Source of the DNA: an uncultured Anaerolineales bacterium
Lineage (GTDB): Bacteria > Chloroflexota > Anaerolineae > Anaerolineales > E44-bin32
Reading direction: 5' to 3'
Assembly (NCBI GenBank): GCA_965195195.1
Contig: CBDAFF010000029.1
Coordinates: forward strand, 6,553 to 70,552
Length of the DNA: 64,000 nt
The number at the start of each line of letters is the position of its first letter. Within the stretch, counting starts at the first letter, position 1. Positions 1-10,595 of the stretch are shown here, in pieces. A model generated the notes under the pieces. That model did not search any database, was not told the origin of the DNA, and was given only the letters and a program-made list of their open reading frames with translations. The translations under genes and the position numbers were made by a program.

Positions 1-2629
1 CACCTGCTCTCCTGGCGTAAATCCTAACCCTGTCATTTTGGTAAACAAGCTCCATGAATGCATCAAACTTTCCATCAAAGATTGGTTGGTAGGTCATTCG
101 TTCAAGTTCTCCAACGTAGACATACTTCACATTATAGGTATTCAAGATCTGTAGAGTTTGGTCCCAATCCGGGGACTTAAACAGGGTCCTGACATCCTCT
201 TCCCGTGTTCCGTGAAATTGGTATCCGCCGCGCCACTGGCTTTCATGACCGGGCCAGCCGATAACGGTGGGGAATCCCGTATGCACAGATACCCTCGCAA
301 AGTACGAATAGCTGCCGCCAACGGCCTCTGCAACAACCCCGACCTCCAGATTATCACTCATCCATTGGATCGCTTCGCGATCCTCTTCGGTTGCATAGAC
401 AGGGTGCATCGCTCCATTCAACGTTCGGTCATGGACCGGGTCAAAGCTGTTGGTTTTTGTCCAAACAGAAAGGGCAGGATAGATGAGACCGGCAAGCAGC
501 GGGAGAACTGTGAGTATCTTCACGGGGATCATCTTCGCGCTACGTTTAGACCAGATCACATCCATCACGTATGCTGCCGCGAGGGCCCATAAGATCCAGG
601 CTGCAAAGTAGAATTTGAAAATCGTATTCATGCGCAGCCCGAATTGATCTTTGAGGTAGAAAAACTCGGGTCCAAGGATCAAAAGCGCCCCAATGGTGAT
701 CATCATTAGGATGAAAGGCCCTGATTTTATATCGTCCGCGGTATCTTTCCACACCCGTCTAATGAGCACAACAGCGGCAGCGATCATCACCGCTAAGCCA
801 ATCGCTGTCCATGACTGCGTTAACCGCAGCATGATCGTCGCTTGAGCTGCATCTCGAAGACTTTCCATCCCCATGCTGCTGAGGATCGCCCCCATCCCGA
901 TGACGTTTGCGCCCACAAGGTAAATCATAGCTGCTAAAAGCCACGAGAGAATCAAGAGTGCTAACGGGAGCCCCAGGCTTATTCCGAAAAGCCACTTTCC
1001 CTCCGCTCGCCTTCTTCCCTGCGTCACGCGCATGATAAGCCAGACGCTCAAAGGGATGAATAAGACCGCGAACATGATGAAGAAATGGAGGAATCGGGTG
1101 GGATGCATCAAGTGCGGCAGGATACCGCCCGCCTGTGAAGAGAATGAGGGATACCAGGGAAGATAAAACAAAATGGCTGCCACGATGATTGCTAGGCTCG
1201 TCGTGAGCACCGATTTAACCCAAGTCGTGAGCGGGAGCGTCCGGCTCCTCCAAATCATCACACAGAAGAGCAAGCTGAAATATATTGGGAAATCCCAGGT
1301 ATTCAAGAATGCCAGCGCCCCGAAGAGCCAGGCGCCAAACCAGAACTCGAGCTTACTGAGAGAAGATGGCAGCACCCCCCCCGCGACCGCTCCGACAATA
1401 AGCACGCCCCCAATAATGAGCCCGCCGCTCCCGATACCTTTGATGATGGAAATGAATGCTGCGGAGATCCCAACACCAGCCGCTCCAGCTTTCAACCCCA
1501 GGACGACCACGACGATCGCCGCGGCCAAACTCAGGGTAATCAACACATTTTTACGCAGATTGCGAGTCCATTTCACCTCACCCAAATGAAAAGGTCTCCG
1601 CTGTCCCTGGAGGAAAATCTGGAAAGCGAAGGCGATCACCAAGAGCACAAAGGGCATCGCCAGAAGGTGTGGGTGATTGTCCGCAAGCAGGAAAGAGAAG
1701 AACGGGAATTCGTCGATCGACTGTAATCCGAGTGGTAAACCATTGAGATCGAGATCCCTGATCACGCGTGATGAGCGCCACCACCACAAATGTCGATCCG
1801 GCATCCAGCTCGCATCGAGATAGGGTGGCATTTCCAAGTCGGCAAGCCCAATCCAGGTCCAAAAAGGCGATGCTAATAAACCGTCGGCGTTCGTCGTCCA
1901 GAAGACATATTTAGAATGAAGGACCTCGAGGAAGCCTCCTAAATTTCCGCTGATCAAGACGAAGAGCGGCGCAAGGAGCGGTGAAACTCGTTTTACACGA
2001 CCAGGCGTCCGTCGGGCGAGGAAATTAAATGCGAGGGAGTACGTGCCCAGGGCGACCAACGCAAACCAGAGACTGTTCGCAAGGTTGAAGGTGATTCCAG
2101 AGGCAACGCCCGTGAGCCGGGTGAGCAAGGCCAGAAGTATGTAGCCAAAGTAATAATAGGAGATCGCATAGCCCGAGAGCCATGGGTCGTGAGGCGGAAA
2201 ACTATCTGACTGAAGAATCGCATTTAAGAACGCGAGCTCCATCGGCTTTTCTGTGTTGGCGATTTCCGGGTTGTTCGCCCGTACAAACGCCCAGACTAAG
2301 AACGCGAGCAGGAAAAGGGTCTCCATGATAAGAACTGTGGAGCGGTGTTTTTTAAGCCAATCGAGTAAATCACGCCAGGTGCTGCGCCCAATCCATACAC
2401 TCAATCCCAGGAGCGCAAGAACTGCCATCACCGCTCCGCCAAGACTCGGTTGGAATAGCCGCAACGTGGCTCCCATCCAAAAAAGATATCCGGCCAGGAG
2501 TAATCCGAGCGCCCTGGCGAAACCATAGCCGCGGTCCTCGAGGCGTCCGAAGATCCGCCAGGCTACTGGCAGGGCTAGAGCGCCCAGAAGCGTGCTAATC
2601 AACCACCAGATGAAAACGTCTTGAATCAC
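1..2629 (-). CDS. DUF2298-like GT-C-type polytopic membrane protein; 3' end runs off the left window edge (about 876 codons in view)
   Basis: Absent from the ORF track (no in-window stop). Manual reverse-complement translation is open from GTG at 2629 to base 1: (M)IQDVFIWWLISTLLGALALPVAWRIFGRLEDRGYGF ... KPMELAFLNAILQSDSFPPHDPWLSGYAISYYYFGY ... IDEFPFFSFLLADNHPH ... RMNTIFKFYFAAW ... GWPGHESQWRG ... NVKYVYVGELER. Each block has a counterpart in the 1654-aa neighbour. Family name is from memory and needs an HMM. Confidence 0.8.
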   Translation of the reverse strand, partial: MIQDVFIWWLISTLLGALALPVAWRIFGRLEDRGYGFARALGLLLAGYLFWMGATLRLFQPSLGGAVMAVLALLGLSVWIGRSTWRDLLDWLKKHRSTVLIMETLFLLAFLVWAFVRANNPEIANTEKPMELAFLNAILQSDSFPPHDPWLSGYAISYYYFGYILLALLTRLTGVASGITFNLANSLWFALVALGTYSLAFNFLARRTPGRVKRVSPLLAPLFVLISGNLGGFLEVLHSKYVFWTTNADGLLASPFWTWIGLADLEMPPYLDASWMPDRHLWWWRSSRVIRDLDLNGLPLGLQSIDEFPFFSFLLADNHPHLLAMPFVLLVIAFAFQIFLQGQRRPFHLGEVKWTRNLRKNVLITLSLAAAIVVVVLGLKAGAAGVGISAAFISIIKGIGSGGLIIGGVLIVGAVAGGVLPSSLSKLEFWFGAWLFGALAFLNTWDFPIYFSLLFCVMIWRSRTLPLTTWVKSVLTTSLAIIVAAILFYLPWYPSFSSQAGGILPHLMHPTRFLHFFIMFAVLFIPLSVWLIMRVTQGRRRAEGKWLFGISLGLPLALLILSWLLAAMIYLVGANVIGMGAILSSMGMESLRDAAQATIMLRLTQSWTAIGLAVMIAAAVVLIRRVWKDTADDIKSGPFILMMITIGALLILGPEFFYLKDQFGLRMNTIFKFYFAAWILWALAAAYVMDVIWSKRSAKMIPVKILTVLPLLAGLIYPALSVWTKTNSFDPVHDRTLNGAMHPVYATEEDREAIQWMSDNLEVGVVAEAVGGSYSYFARVSVHTGFPTVIGWPGHESQWRGGYQFHGTREEDVRTLFKSPDWDQTLQILNTYNVKYVYVGELERMTYQPIFDGKFDAFMELVYQNDRVRIYARRAG

Positions 2630-5600
2630 CTTACAACCTCATAGATCACAGTATTCCCCACCTGGAAGACGGTCCGGAGGCTTCCTTCAGATTCCATGGC
2701 AAGGAATTTGTCCAAAGCGTGTGTAGGACAACGCAGGCTTGAGGTTTCATCCTCGGGGTGTTCCAGTTCACATTCATCAGGTGAGATCGGGAACGATGTC
2801 GGCATCCCCAGCGGCCAACCGCGTAGATCACAGGAGATGCCCGGAATACTCGCCTCCGGCCAGCACGGATAGACCTCGGCATAGTAAGCGCGTTCGAGCC
2901 CACCGACGATGACATACTTAACATTATATTCATCGAGGAAGTCGTTTGCCTCCGTGATCGATCGCGTGAGATAGAATTTTGTTATCTGGAATAGCCGCTC
3001 GTCCGTCTCAGTGTTTTCCGCGGCGACGCGCTGCTGGGTTTGATGCCAGCGCCATCCCAGGACGCCAGGGAGACCGGTGTAGATCGAATAGCGCGAACCC
3101 CAGCGATACTCGGGAATATTCGCCTCCGCGATAACAGGGGAACCCTCAACATTTTCCTGCAGCCAACGAATTGCTTGATAATCCTCTCCCAAGGGGAGCT
3201 TCTCGCCCAACTCAAAGCGGTATGCGTAATCCATGTAGAGCATGCCGTCGAGCGTTCTAGGGGCCGTTACCGTCATGCGGTCCCGGACTTTCGCTAATGA
3301 TCCCGTGAGAGGATACAGAGCGGCAGAGAATAAAAGTAAAACCGTTGCCACCAGCCAAATCCACCGCCAAACACGATTCCATTTGGGGAGAGATGCATAC
3401 GTCCATGCAAGAGCTGCGGCTGCAGCCAGGCTGAAGAGCTCCCACACCTGGAGGTAGAATTTGAAGACCGTGTTCATGCGCCCGATATCCCCCTTGAGCA
3501 CCACGACCTCCACGACAAACGTGAGGACCAACCCGGTTCCCACGAAGAAAAGCACGATCCGCTTGCCTATCGACAGACCAGGTCGCAGCAGCAGTATCAG
3601 CGCCCATACGCCGAGAGGGATGACAATCAGTGCAATCTGATATCCAACACCCATTAGCCAGGTGGTACCGGCCACAATGAGAATAGCCGCAGATCCAATC
3701 CACATCGCAATCGGCCGCAGCCGGTTCAACTCTGTGATCGGGGTTTGAGCCAGCCACTCGCGAGTTTCCCATGCCATCCAGGCTGCAACCAGGAAGAGAA
3801 AGACTCCATGCACCGTCAGGTAATCGATCAGGGGTGTCAGCGACCCCTTCCAGATCTCTGCGGACATATATCCCTGCCCGTACCACTGGTGGAAGGGCTG
3901 ATAGAGGAATTGGGAAAATGCTATAAGCAGGATGGAATAAAGCGCTGCTTCTGTGATCTGAGGCAGATTAAATTCTCGATCGCGCCACCACACAGCGACA
4001 ATGACGGCGAGCACTCCTAACACCCAATACACAGGGAAATCCCAGGTATTTACAAGTCGCAGCGCGCCAAGCGTTAAACCGCCGACAAACAAGGCCAAAG
4101 CGATGTCGATCTTCCCTCGACGGCGAAGTTGGGTGACAGAAAGAATCCACGAAAGACCCCAGGCAAGACTCAGGATGGTGAGGGAACGGCTGATCATGTG
4201 AGCGTGTAGATCGGCGTATAGAAAAGTGAAGAAGGGGAATTCTGTGATCGGTCCTGGTTCACCCTCGCCGGGGGTTATCATCCGGCTCGGGTTCCAATAC
4301 CACTGGTCCATCGGATAGGGAAGCGGAGACTTGTACGTCAGGTAACTTACAAATCCCTTGGCCGCTTGACCCGCTCCAACGAAGTACCTACCCTCTTCAA
4401 CCCCTGCTGGAGTGCCGATCTGTTTAAACCCATCATAGAACATCCTGGCCGTGCCCAGATTTCCAAAAACCACAAGCAGGAGCGCAGCGATGAGACCCGC
4501 CAATTTGGGATTCGCCTTAGCGCGAAGAGACACATTCTGGGAGAAGGAACGTACCAGATGGTAGCCCACGCTGTACGCGCACAATGCCAGGATCGAGAAG
4601 AGCGTTGGGATAATGAGATTGTAGGCTGTCGCCGGGATAATACCCAGCAATTTCACCGGCATGCCGACGAGCACAAAACCGTAATAGTAGTAGTTGATAT
4701 ACCCGCCAGCGAACCAGGGGTCATAAGGGGGGAAAGTTGAACTTTTAATTACTGCGTTCAGATAGGAGAAGTCCATTGGCTTCTCCCCACCTTTTGCCGG
4801 GTGCCATAAATCAGGATTCCCGAATCGAATCGCGAGATCGAGGAGGAAAAAGCTAAGCGCAAATACTTCCACCCAGAGAATATCCCGCCATTGCGTCCGG
4901 AAGAATGTGGAAAGTTCCTCGCGGTCACGCCAGGCGAGGGCGAAGGAAACAGCCGCGAGCAGCAGCAACACAATAAAGAGCGTCAAGCGGCTGACTGTAA
5001 TCCCAAGACTCCCGAAGATCCAGGCGCCCCAGGAGAACAACAGCAGTCCGATCAGCCGCGAGAGAGCATAGCCGCCATCATGAAACCTTCGGAAGACGAC
5101 TCGCGTTATGGGATAAATCAGGAGGCCCAAAACCCCCAACGCTACCCACCAGACGATGGCGCTCAACAATCCCGAGCGGTTAACAATGCTCTCCGTGTTG
5201 AATATCTCTGACCAGGTACCCTCGTCCTGCTGTCGCTGCCACTGATCCGTAGAAAGCAATAGTTCTTTCCCTGTAGTACTCCCGGCGTCCTTCGGCAGCA
5301 CATGGACGACGCCGCTCACATCGACCTGGGAAAGAATGTCGAAAACTTTTTCGGCGCTGAAATCCGCATCCCGCTTAAAGATCAACACCTTCGGATGATC
5401 GTAAACTGTAAACGCTTCTTCTGCGAATTGATCGTTGATCTCCAGCGCCCCGATTGATGGGTGGCTTTCAAAAACCTCAACGAGTGAATACCCTAATCGG
5501 CCGGCGTACAATCCCACCTCTGCGGTCGCGCCACACGTGGGGACATCCATTCCATCAGGGCAACCGAATAGTTCGCGGTAGAAGACGGATGTAAGTGGGT

Positions 5601-7590
5601 AGCGGATCGGAACGCGGGGGATCGTTCCATACTGCCGATTGGAGGAGATCATAAGATAATCCCCCTGCTCCAAATATTCTACAATTCTCTCGAGCTTATC
5701 TGGGAATCCGCTGTCATCATCGTCCTGGTTATCATGCCAATAAAGTTCGAGATTTTGCACCTCATATCTGCCGCCGAGTCCTCGTCCATCAACTCCCCAC
5801 GGTAAACCGTCATCCCAGGTTGTCTCATGCACCAAGACAGTTGGGCGCATATACAGGGATGGTTCACCCGTATTTTCGAGAATCAGGAACAAGCGAGTGT
5901 CTGGATCGATGCTAAAGGATCGGTCGAGTTGGATTTCAACCCGAATCTCTTCACCCGCGCGCACTTCGCCCTGGTATTCCCCGCGCGCGTAAACATCCCC
6001 GGCATGAGGTTCATCTGCGAGCGTCACAGAAAGGTCCAGGACACCGCCCTGGCCATCGCCCGTCGAGACGTAGGGTAGTAGAACACCGCTTATGACCGCG
6101 GATACGTCTGTAGAGATTTCCGTTGTATAGGTGTCCCCGGAGTTTAATTCAAAGGGTACGGGCATGGGTATTGTTTCGTAAAACGTCTCCCCATCAGCCT
6201 CACCCACCAGATTTACGACAGCCGGAATACTCCTATAAATCCAACGCGATGCAGATACCCGGGTGAGCGGTTCCGAGTATATCGAATGGAAGGCAAAGGC
6301 CCACAAAGCCGTCCCCAGGACAGTGACCAATCCAACCAACAGCACACCAACTCGGGCTGCCTTTTGCCATTGGGCTTTGAGCTCCGGGACACTCTCCCAT
6401 GCATGCCAGAGCACCCAGGCTGCCAGCAACGCCAGTGTTGGATAGACCGGCAATTGGTAGCGCATCGCCTTGGTGAAATTGATCGATTGCCAGATGAACA
6501 TGCCGGCTGTCCAGACCACCAGGATCAAATACCGCTCCCACCGTCCCCGAATCATCTCAATCAGGGCCCACCCCAAACCGATCCAGCCCAGGATCGCGAG
6601 TGGTATGCCCATTCCCCAGAGGATCAAATTTTTCAGTGAGAAGAAGATCGGGGCGCGGTCAGCCCACTGAAGTGCATAAGGAGCATCGGTGTTGCCTGCC
6701 TGCTGGCTTCGGACTTCCGCCATATTCGCCAGCCACTTCGGGTTGAACTTCACGTTAAGGAATCCCGGTCCTTCAAAAGCGTAGGGTTGGAAAATACGGA
6801 AGACCAGGAGTGACAGGAGCGCTGCAGCGAATAAGAAAACGAGCGTGCGGGAGATAACAGCGGACCTTTGATCAGAGGGAGCATTGAGAATATTCGTGAG
6901 TCCAGCAAGCGCTACAGCGACCGCCAGAGGAGCTGCGCTGATCTTGGAAGCCACTGCCAGCCCCAGCATGACACCGAAGAGCAGATAGTCACTGAGCTTC
7001 CCCTCACCGATAACTCGAACGGAGAAATACAGGCCGGCAAGTATAAATACATTGGCAAGCGGGTCGACGACGAAGAAATGTGCGTGTTGAATTAACAAAA
7101 CCGAAAGAGTTGTAAACAGCGCGGCCAGGATCCCCACCCGACGATTGAAGAGTCGCTCCCCGATAAGGTAAATTAGAAGGATGGATACGAGATCTGAGAT
7201 TCCTGAAACAGCCCTCCCTAAGAGGTGGACCTCGTCATAACCTGACATCCCGGTCCATTCGGCCAGATAGCGGACGAGGAAGATGGGGAACGTACCATAG
7301 ACGAAGAAGCCATGCCCAGCGTTATGTGGATTGAGAGGGGATGTATCAGTGTTGAAATATTCCCCGATGGACTGTGGAGGGTGGATCGAGGTCTCAACCA
7401 TCGTGAGAAAACGTTCGTCCGGGTGAAGATGGGTACCAGAATCCCAATTCAAGCCGGTGAAGCGTAGATACGCAGCCAGACCGAGAACCGCGACCAGGAG
7501 AAACCCAACCATGAGATCCGAAAGAACCCTGGATCTTTCTTTTTCAGGCGGCTCGTATTCTTGCTCTATGGGCGTTTCAACTTCGACCAT
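2626..7590 (-). CDS. 1654-aa polytopic membrane protein: N-terminal GT-C/GT39-like module, soluble middle region, C-terminal DUF2298-like module
   Basis: Track ORF. N-terminus has LHPDERFLTMVE and many hydrophobic helices. Residues ~800-1654 parallel the downstream paralog (MDFSYLNAVIKSSTFPPYDPWFAGGYINYYYYGF, ITEFPFFTFLYADLHAH, RMNTVFKFYLQVW, GWRWHQTQQR). Stop TGA 2626-2628 overlaps the GTG of the next gene. Confidence 0.85.
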   Translation of the reverse strand: MVEVETPIEQEYEPPEKERSRVLSDLMVGFLLVAVLGLAAYLRFTGLNWDSGTHLHPDERFLTMVETSIHPPQSIGEYFNTDTSPLNPHNAGHGFFVYGTFPIFLVRYLAEWTGMSGYDEVHLLGRAVSGISDLVSILLIYLIGERLFNRRVGILAALFTTLSVLLIQHAHFFVVDPLANVFILAGLYFSVRVIGEGKLSDYLLFGVMLGLAVASKISAAPLAVAVALAGLTNILNAPSDQRSAVISRTLVFLFAAALLSLLVFRIFQPYAFEGPGFLNVKFNPKWLANMAEVRSQQAGNTDAPYALQWADRAPIFFSLKNLILWGMGIPLAILGWIGLGWALIEMIRGRWERYLILVVWTAGMFIWQSINFTKAMRYQLPVYPTLALLAAWVLWHAWESVPELKAQWQKAARVGVLLVGLVTVLGTALWAFAFHSIYSEPLTRVSASRWIYRSIPAVVNLVGEADGETFYETIPMPVPFELNSGDTYTTEISTDVSAVISGVLLPYVSTGDGQGGVLDLSVTLADEPHAGDVYARGEYQGEVRAGEEIRVEIQLDRSFSIDPDTRLFLILENTGEPSLYMRPTVLVHETTWDDGLPWGVDGRGLGGRYEVQNLELYWHDNQDDDDSGFPDKLERIVEYLEQGDYLMISSNRQYGTIPRVPIRYPLTSVFYRELFGCPDGMDVPTCGATAEVGLYAGRLGYSLVEVFESHPSIGALEINDQFAEEAFTVYDHPKVLIFKRDADFSAEKVFDILSQVDVSGVVHVLPKDAGSTTGKELLLSTDQWQRQQDEGTWSEIFNTESIVNRSGLLSAIVWWVALGVLGLLIYPITRVVFRRFHDGGYALSRLIGLLLFSWGAWIFGSLGITVSRLTLFIVLLLLAAVSFALAWRDREELSTFFRTQWRDILWVEVFALSFFLLDLAIRFGNPDLWHPAKGGEKPMDFSYLNAVIKSSTFPPYDPWFAGGYINYYYYGFVLVGMPVKLLGIIPATAYNLIIPTLFSILALCAYSVGYHLVRSFSQNVSLRAKANPKLAGLIAALLLVVFGNLGTARMFYDGFKQIGTPAGVEEGRYFVGAGQAAKGFVSYLTYKSPLPYPMDQWYWNPSRMITPGEGEPGPITEFPFFTFLYADLHAHMISRSLTILSLAWGLSWILSVTQLRRRGKIDIALALFVGGLTLGALRLVNTWDFPVYWVLGVLAVIVAVWWRDREFNLPQITEAALYSILLIAFSQFLYQPFHQWYGQGYMSAEIWKGSLTPLIDYLTVHGVFLFLVAAWMAWETREWLAQTPITELNRLRPIAMWIGSAAILIVAGTTWLMGVGYQIALIVIPLGVWALILLLRPGLSIGKRIVLFFVGTGLVLTFVVEVVVLKGDIGRMNTVFKFYLQVWELFSLAAAAALAWTYASLPKWNRVWRWIWLVATVLLLFSAALYPLTGSLAKVRDRMTVTAPRTLDGMLYMDYAYRFELGEKLPLGEDYQAIRWLQENVEGSPVIAEANIPEYRWGSRYSIYTGLPGVLGWRWHQTQQRVAAENTETDERLFQITKFYLTRSITEANDFLDEYNVKYVIVGGLERAYYAEVYPCWPEASIPGISCDLRGWPLGMPTSFPISPDECELEHPEDETSSLRCPTHALDKFLAMESEGSLRTVFQVGNTVIYEVVR

Positions 7591-7592
7591 AA

Positions 7593-9803
7593 TTACTCGG
7601 TTTCCCGAACCGCTTCCAGATGAGAGTCAGGGACGGAAGGCACTGACAGAATAATAAAATTCTTCCCCTCGATATTGTTTGGATATTCTGTAATCCGTGC
7701 AAGGGGGTACAGCTCCTTGAGCTTCTGAAGGGATTCCACGTCATCCGGATGGAGCAGGAAGAGCTGCGGCCGAGATTCGGAGGTTGTACTCGCGAATTCC
7801 TCCGCGGAAATGGCGTAATCCCTTGTAGGTTGACCTGCGTTTATCCCGACAAGCCGTGTGTCAACCCAATGGGGGAAGGCAACAACATGCGCGGTTTCAT
7901 AATCGCCGATCGATTCAGCAAAATTCTGGATCACGGCGCCTGCTTGCGACGTGTTCCATGCAGAGCGGAGAAAAAGGTCTTGATATTCTTTGAAAACGAG
8001 ATGGAAATTCAATCGACCCGCTACTAGCAGGAGCAACCCTGTGAACACTAGGCTGATGACGACCGTCCGACGCCCTTTCCAATGGGTTTCGATCCAATCC
8101 GGAATTGCCGCAAACGCTAATCCAGCAAGGATGAAAACGGGCACAATCGCCCCCGCAGCCCGGTTTGTAGCAGGATTCTCAGCTGGAAAGGCAAGCGATA
8201 GCGTGGAAGGGAGCTGGAGAATGGGGATCGAGACGAGAATGAACAAATCGATCCAGCGTCGGTAGCGCACAAAGCGGGTCAGGGCGATAACTACTCCAAG
8301 AGAAAACAGAGCACCAGTGACCCAATCCAGTGCTGGACGGTGCGGGATAGAGTTTACCCATACTTCACCATTATCCCAGTTGAACATTTTTAAGCCGTTC
8401 CAGACGTTTGCTAAGAAAATCTGTATTGCGGGATCGGATAATTCCCTCTCGGTGCTCCCATAGCGCGTGGTCATCCTGTAGATCACCTCATCCGGGCGAT
8501 TCACGGCAATTCTCACAAGGGGCATGAGCACAATTAGAGCGACTAGACCTATGACTACGAGCAGCGTAATCATCTCCCGGCGCTGCTCGCGCGAATCCTT
8601 AAACAGGAGATACAGGCCAACACCAACGGCGATAGCGATGGGGATAACTCGCGCCGGACTGTACCCATGGAGCCCCATGCCGACGACTAACCCGCAAAGC
8701 AGGAAATCATTTCGATTGCGAGTACGGATTCCCTTGGCCAAGTAATAAAAAGCTGGCGCGACGAATAAAGGATAAAGTGGAAACCGAAGCCCCACCCGGC
8801 TGATCACATTTGGCCAATACGCGATCCCGGTCAGGACCATGGCCGCGAGAGCAACCCGCTTGCCCCCGACTTCTTTGCCGAGGAGATAAATGAAAGGTAG
8901 TGTTAGAACCCCCGCCAGGGCTGTGCCGATTTTCAAGGTGAGATGGGAAATCCCCGTGCCCAACAATTTATCCGTCGCTGCAGCCATGTAAAACTGCAGA
9001 GCCTCACGCCCGGTGTTCCTCGAGAAAAAGATCGAGTATTTTCCATTGAGCACATCGACGACGTCCAGCAGTTTCTCAGCATGATCGCTGACCATCTCCG
9101 GCGGAACCGTATCGAGGAGATAGAACCTGAAGTAGATTGAAAGGCCGAAGCCTGCAAGAACTAGAAGCTCCCAGCCAGAGAACGATAGGCGAAGATTTGG
9201 GTCAGCCAACCAACTTTTGAACCTTCTCCACCAGCTCATCAGGGGGAATTCTCCCTCCCAGAAAGCCAGCAGGACGGTGATGACAGAAGCGGTCCAGAAG
9301 ACCATAGTCAAAAAATCGAAGAGGTTATTCCCAGAGGTGAGGAAAGTCAGCAAAGAAAGAATAAGTGCCGCAGCTAATAATGCGGGACGATAGGAGACGG
9401 GACTGAATTTCTCATTTGATGTGGTTGGTGGCCTAAAGTGAAAATCATCTACCCAGGTCCCCCAAGCGATAACTACAGCAGCCAGGATGTACAGTGCAAT
9501 GCTGATCCAGATCGAACCACTCCGGCGTTCCAGGCCAAATTGCGCTGTAAGCGCAAGCAGCAGCGCAACCGGCAATCGAAATTGAGATGCCGAAAAATGA
9601 AATGTCGGCAAAGTTGCCTCTGGCTGAGACTCTTCGTCCAAATCTACCGGCGGGTCAACAACCGCACTCTCTACAGGTCCTTCTGGGATAGGGAGTGGAC
9701 GCCCACGGGCCAGGGATTTCAACCAATCGAGGACGCTCGGCTCCCCCAGTTCTTGCGGATTGGAATCAGGAATTGGGTTAGGTTCCGGCTCAGATGAGGT
9801 CAT
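7593..9803 (-). CDS. Glycosyltransferase family 39 / ArnT-PMT_2-like lipid-carrier-dependent membrane glycosyltransferase
   Basis: 736-aa ORF, multi-TM. Segment GKEVGGKRVALAAMVLTGIAYWPNVISRVGLRFPLYP...GLHGYSPARVIPI resembles ArnT/PMT_2 family proteins. Ends 2 nt before the 1654-aa gene start. Confidence 0.7.
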   Translation of the reverse strand: MTSSEPEPNPIPDSNPQELGEPSVLDWLKSLARGRPLPIPEGPVESAVVDPPVDLDEESQPEATLPTFHFSASQFRLPVALLLALTAQFGLERRSGSIWISIALYILAAVVIAWGTWVDDFHFRPPTTSNEKFSPVSYRPALLAAALILSLLTFLTSGNNLFDFLTMVFWTASVITVLLAFWEGEFPLMSWWRRFKSWLADPNLRLSFSGWELLVLAGFGLSIYFRFYLLDTVPPEMVSDHAEKLLDVVDVLNGKYSIFFSRNTGREALQFYMAAATDKLLGTGISHLTLKIGTALAGVLTLPFIYLLGKEVGGKRVALAAMVLTGIAYWPNVISRVGLRFPLYPLFVAPAFYYLAKGIRTRNRNDFLLCGLVVGMGLHGYSPARVIPIAIAVGVGLYLLFKDSREQRREMITLLVVIGLVALIVLMPLVRIAVNRPDEVIYRMTTRYGSTERELSDPAIQIFLANVWNGLKMFNWDNGEVWVNSIPHRPALDWVTGALFSLGVVIALTRFVRYRRWIDLFILVSIPILQLPSTLSLAFPAENPATNRAAGAIVPVFILAGLAFAAIPDWIETHWKGRRTVVISLVFTGLLLLVAGRLNFHLVFKEYQDLFLRSAWNTSQAGAVIQNFAESIGDYETAHVVAFPHWVDTRLVGINAGQPTRDYAISAEEFASTTSESRPQLFLLHPDDVESLQKLKELYPLARITEYPNNIEGKNFIILSVPSVPDSHLEAVRETE

Positions 9804-10582
9804 TGTTTGCGCACCAGATAGAAGCTATAAGTTCCGTTCTCGGTCGGCGACGTATCATAGTATCGTCGCACCAGCCGATCCGTCAAACCAAGATTCCAAC
9901 GATAAGGGGCGAGAATCCACTTGCCGCATAGCTTGTGCGGGAGTAAGCAGGGTCCGCCGAAGTAATGCCCCCACTCCAGAACATGCAGGGAGGATGGAGG
10001 AAAGTAGCGGAAGGTTCTCTCGATCGTGAAACCGGCTGCTGATAATCGCCGCTCCCACCCTCCCTCATCGTCGAGATTAATCGTTCGCGACATGCGCATA
10101 AACCAACTTTCATACGACTTCCCCAGAGCAGGAAGCCCCACTCCTGAGAGCTTCTGGGGGAGGCTCAGCTGCGTGCGATAGCCCGGGTTGGGCACCGTGA
10201 ACACAAATGGCGCTCCTGTTTTTAACACTCGACCCACATCATGCAGAACCGCGTCAAGATGCGGTATGTGTTCAAGCACCGAGTTGCTGAAAGCCGAAGC
10301 GATTGAATTGTCCGGGAGCGGCATGCGCGCCCCATCTGCTTGCAAAAGGAGATCATACACATGGCGTGACTGGGTTTCACGCATGATCGGTAGATCAGGG
10401 TCGACCCCGATCTCAATCGGGCGGTCAAACGCGATCGTCGCAAAATGCCCATCACCACAACCTACATCGAGAGTCGGTGACGGGAGATCCAGGCCTTCGT
10501 AGTAGCTGGCTTCAATAGCCCGCAGAAGTGCTCGGAAGTACGGCAGATCACGCAGATGCAGCCAAAAATAATCTTTCGTCAT
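9800..10582 (-). CDS. Class I SAM-dependent methyltransferase
   Basis: Motif I LDVGCGDGHFA and the later SNSVLEHIPH are typical of the Methyltransf_11 type. 4-bp overlap with the GT39-like gene start (9800-9803). Confidence 0.8.
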   Translation of the reverse strand: MTKDYFWLHLRDLPYFRALLRAIEASYYEGLDLPSPTLDVGCGDGHFATIAFDRPIEIGVDPDLPIMRETQSRHVYDLLLQADGARMPLPDNSIASAFSNSVLEHIPHLDAVLHDVGRVLKTGAPFVFTVPNPGYRTQLSLPQKLSGVGLPALGKSYESWFMRMSRTINLDDEGGWERRLSAAGFTIERTFRYFPPSSLHVLEWGHYFGGPCLLPHKLCGKWILAPYRWNLGLTDRLVRRYYDTSPTENGTYSFYLVRKQ

Positions 10583-10595
10583 GTACTTATGAGTT

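Noticed and set aside
142-2528. Eight short track ORFs on both strands (for example 1173..1589 +, 1578..1862 -)
   Set aside because: All overlap the uninterrupted minus-strand reading frame 1..2629, which has clear paralogy to the neighbouring gene. Their translations are low-complexity, P/R/S-rich shadows.
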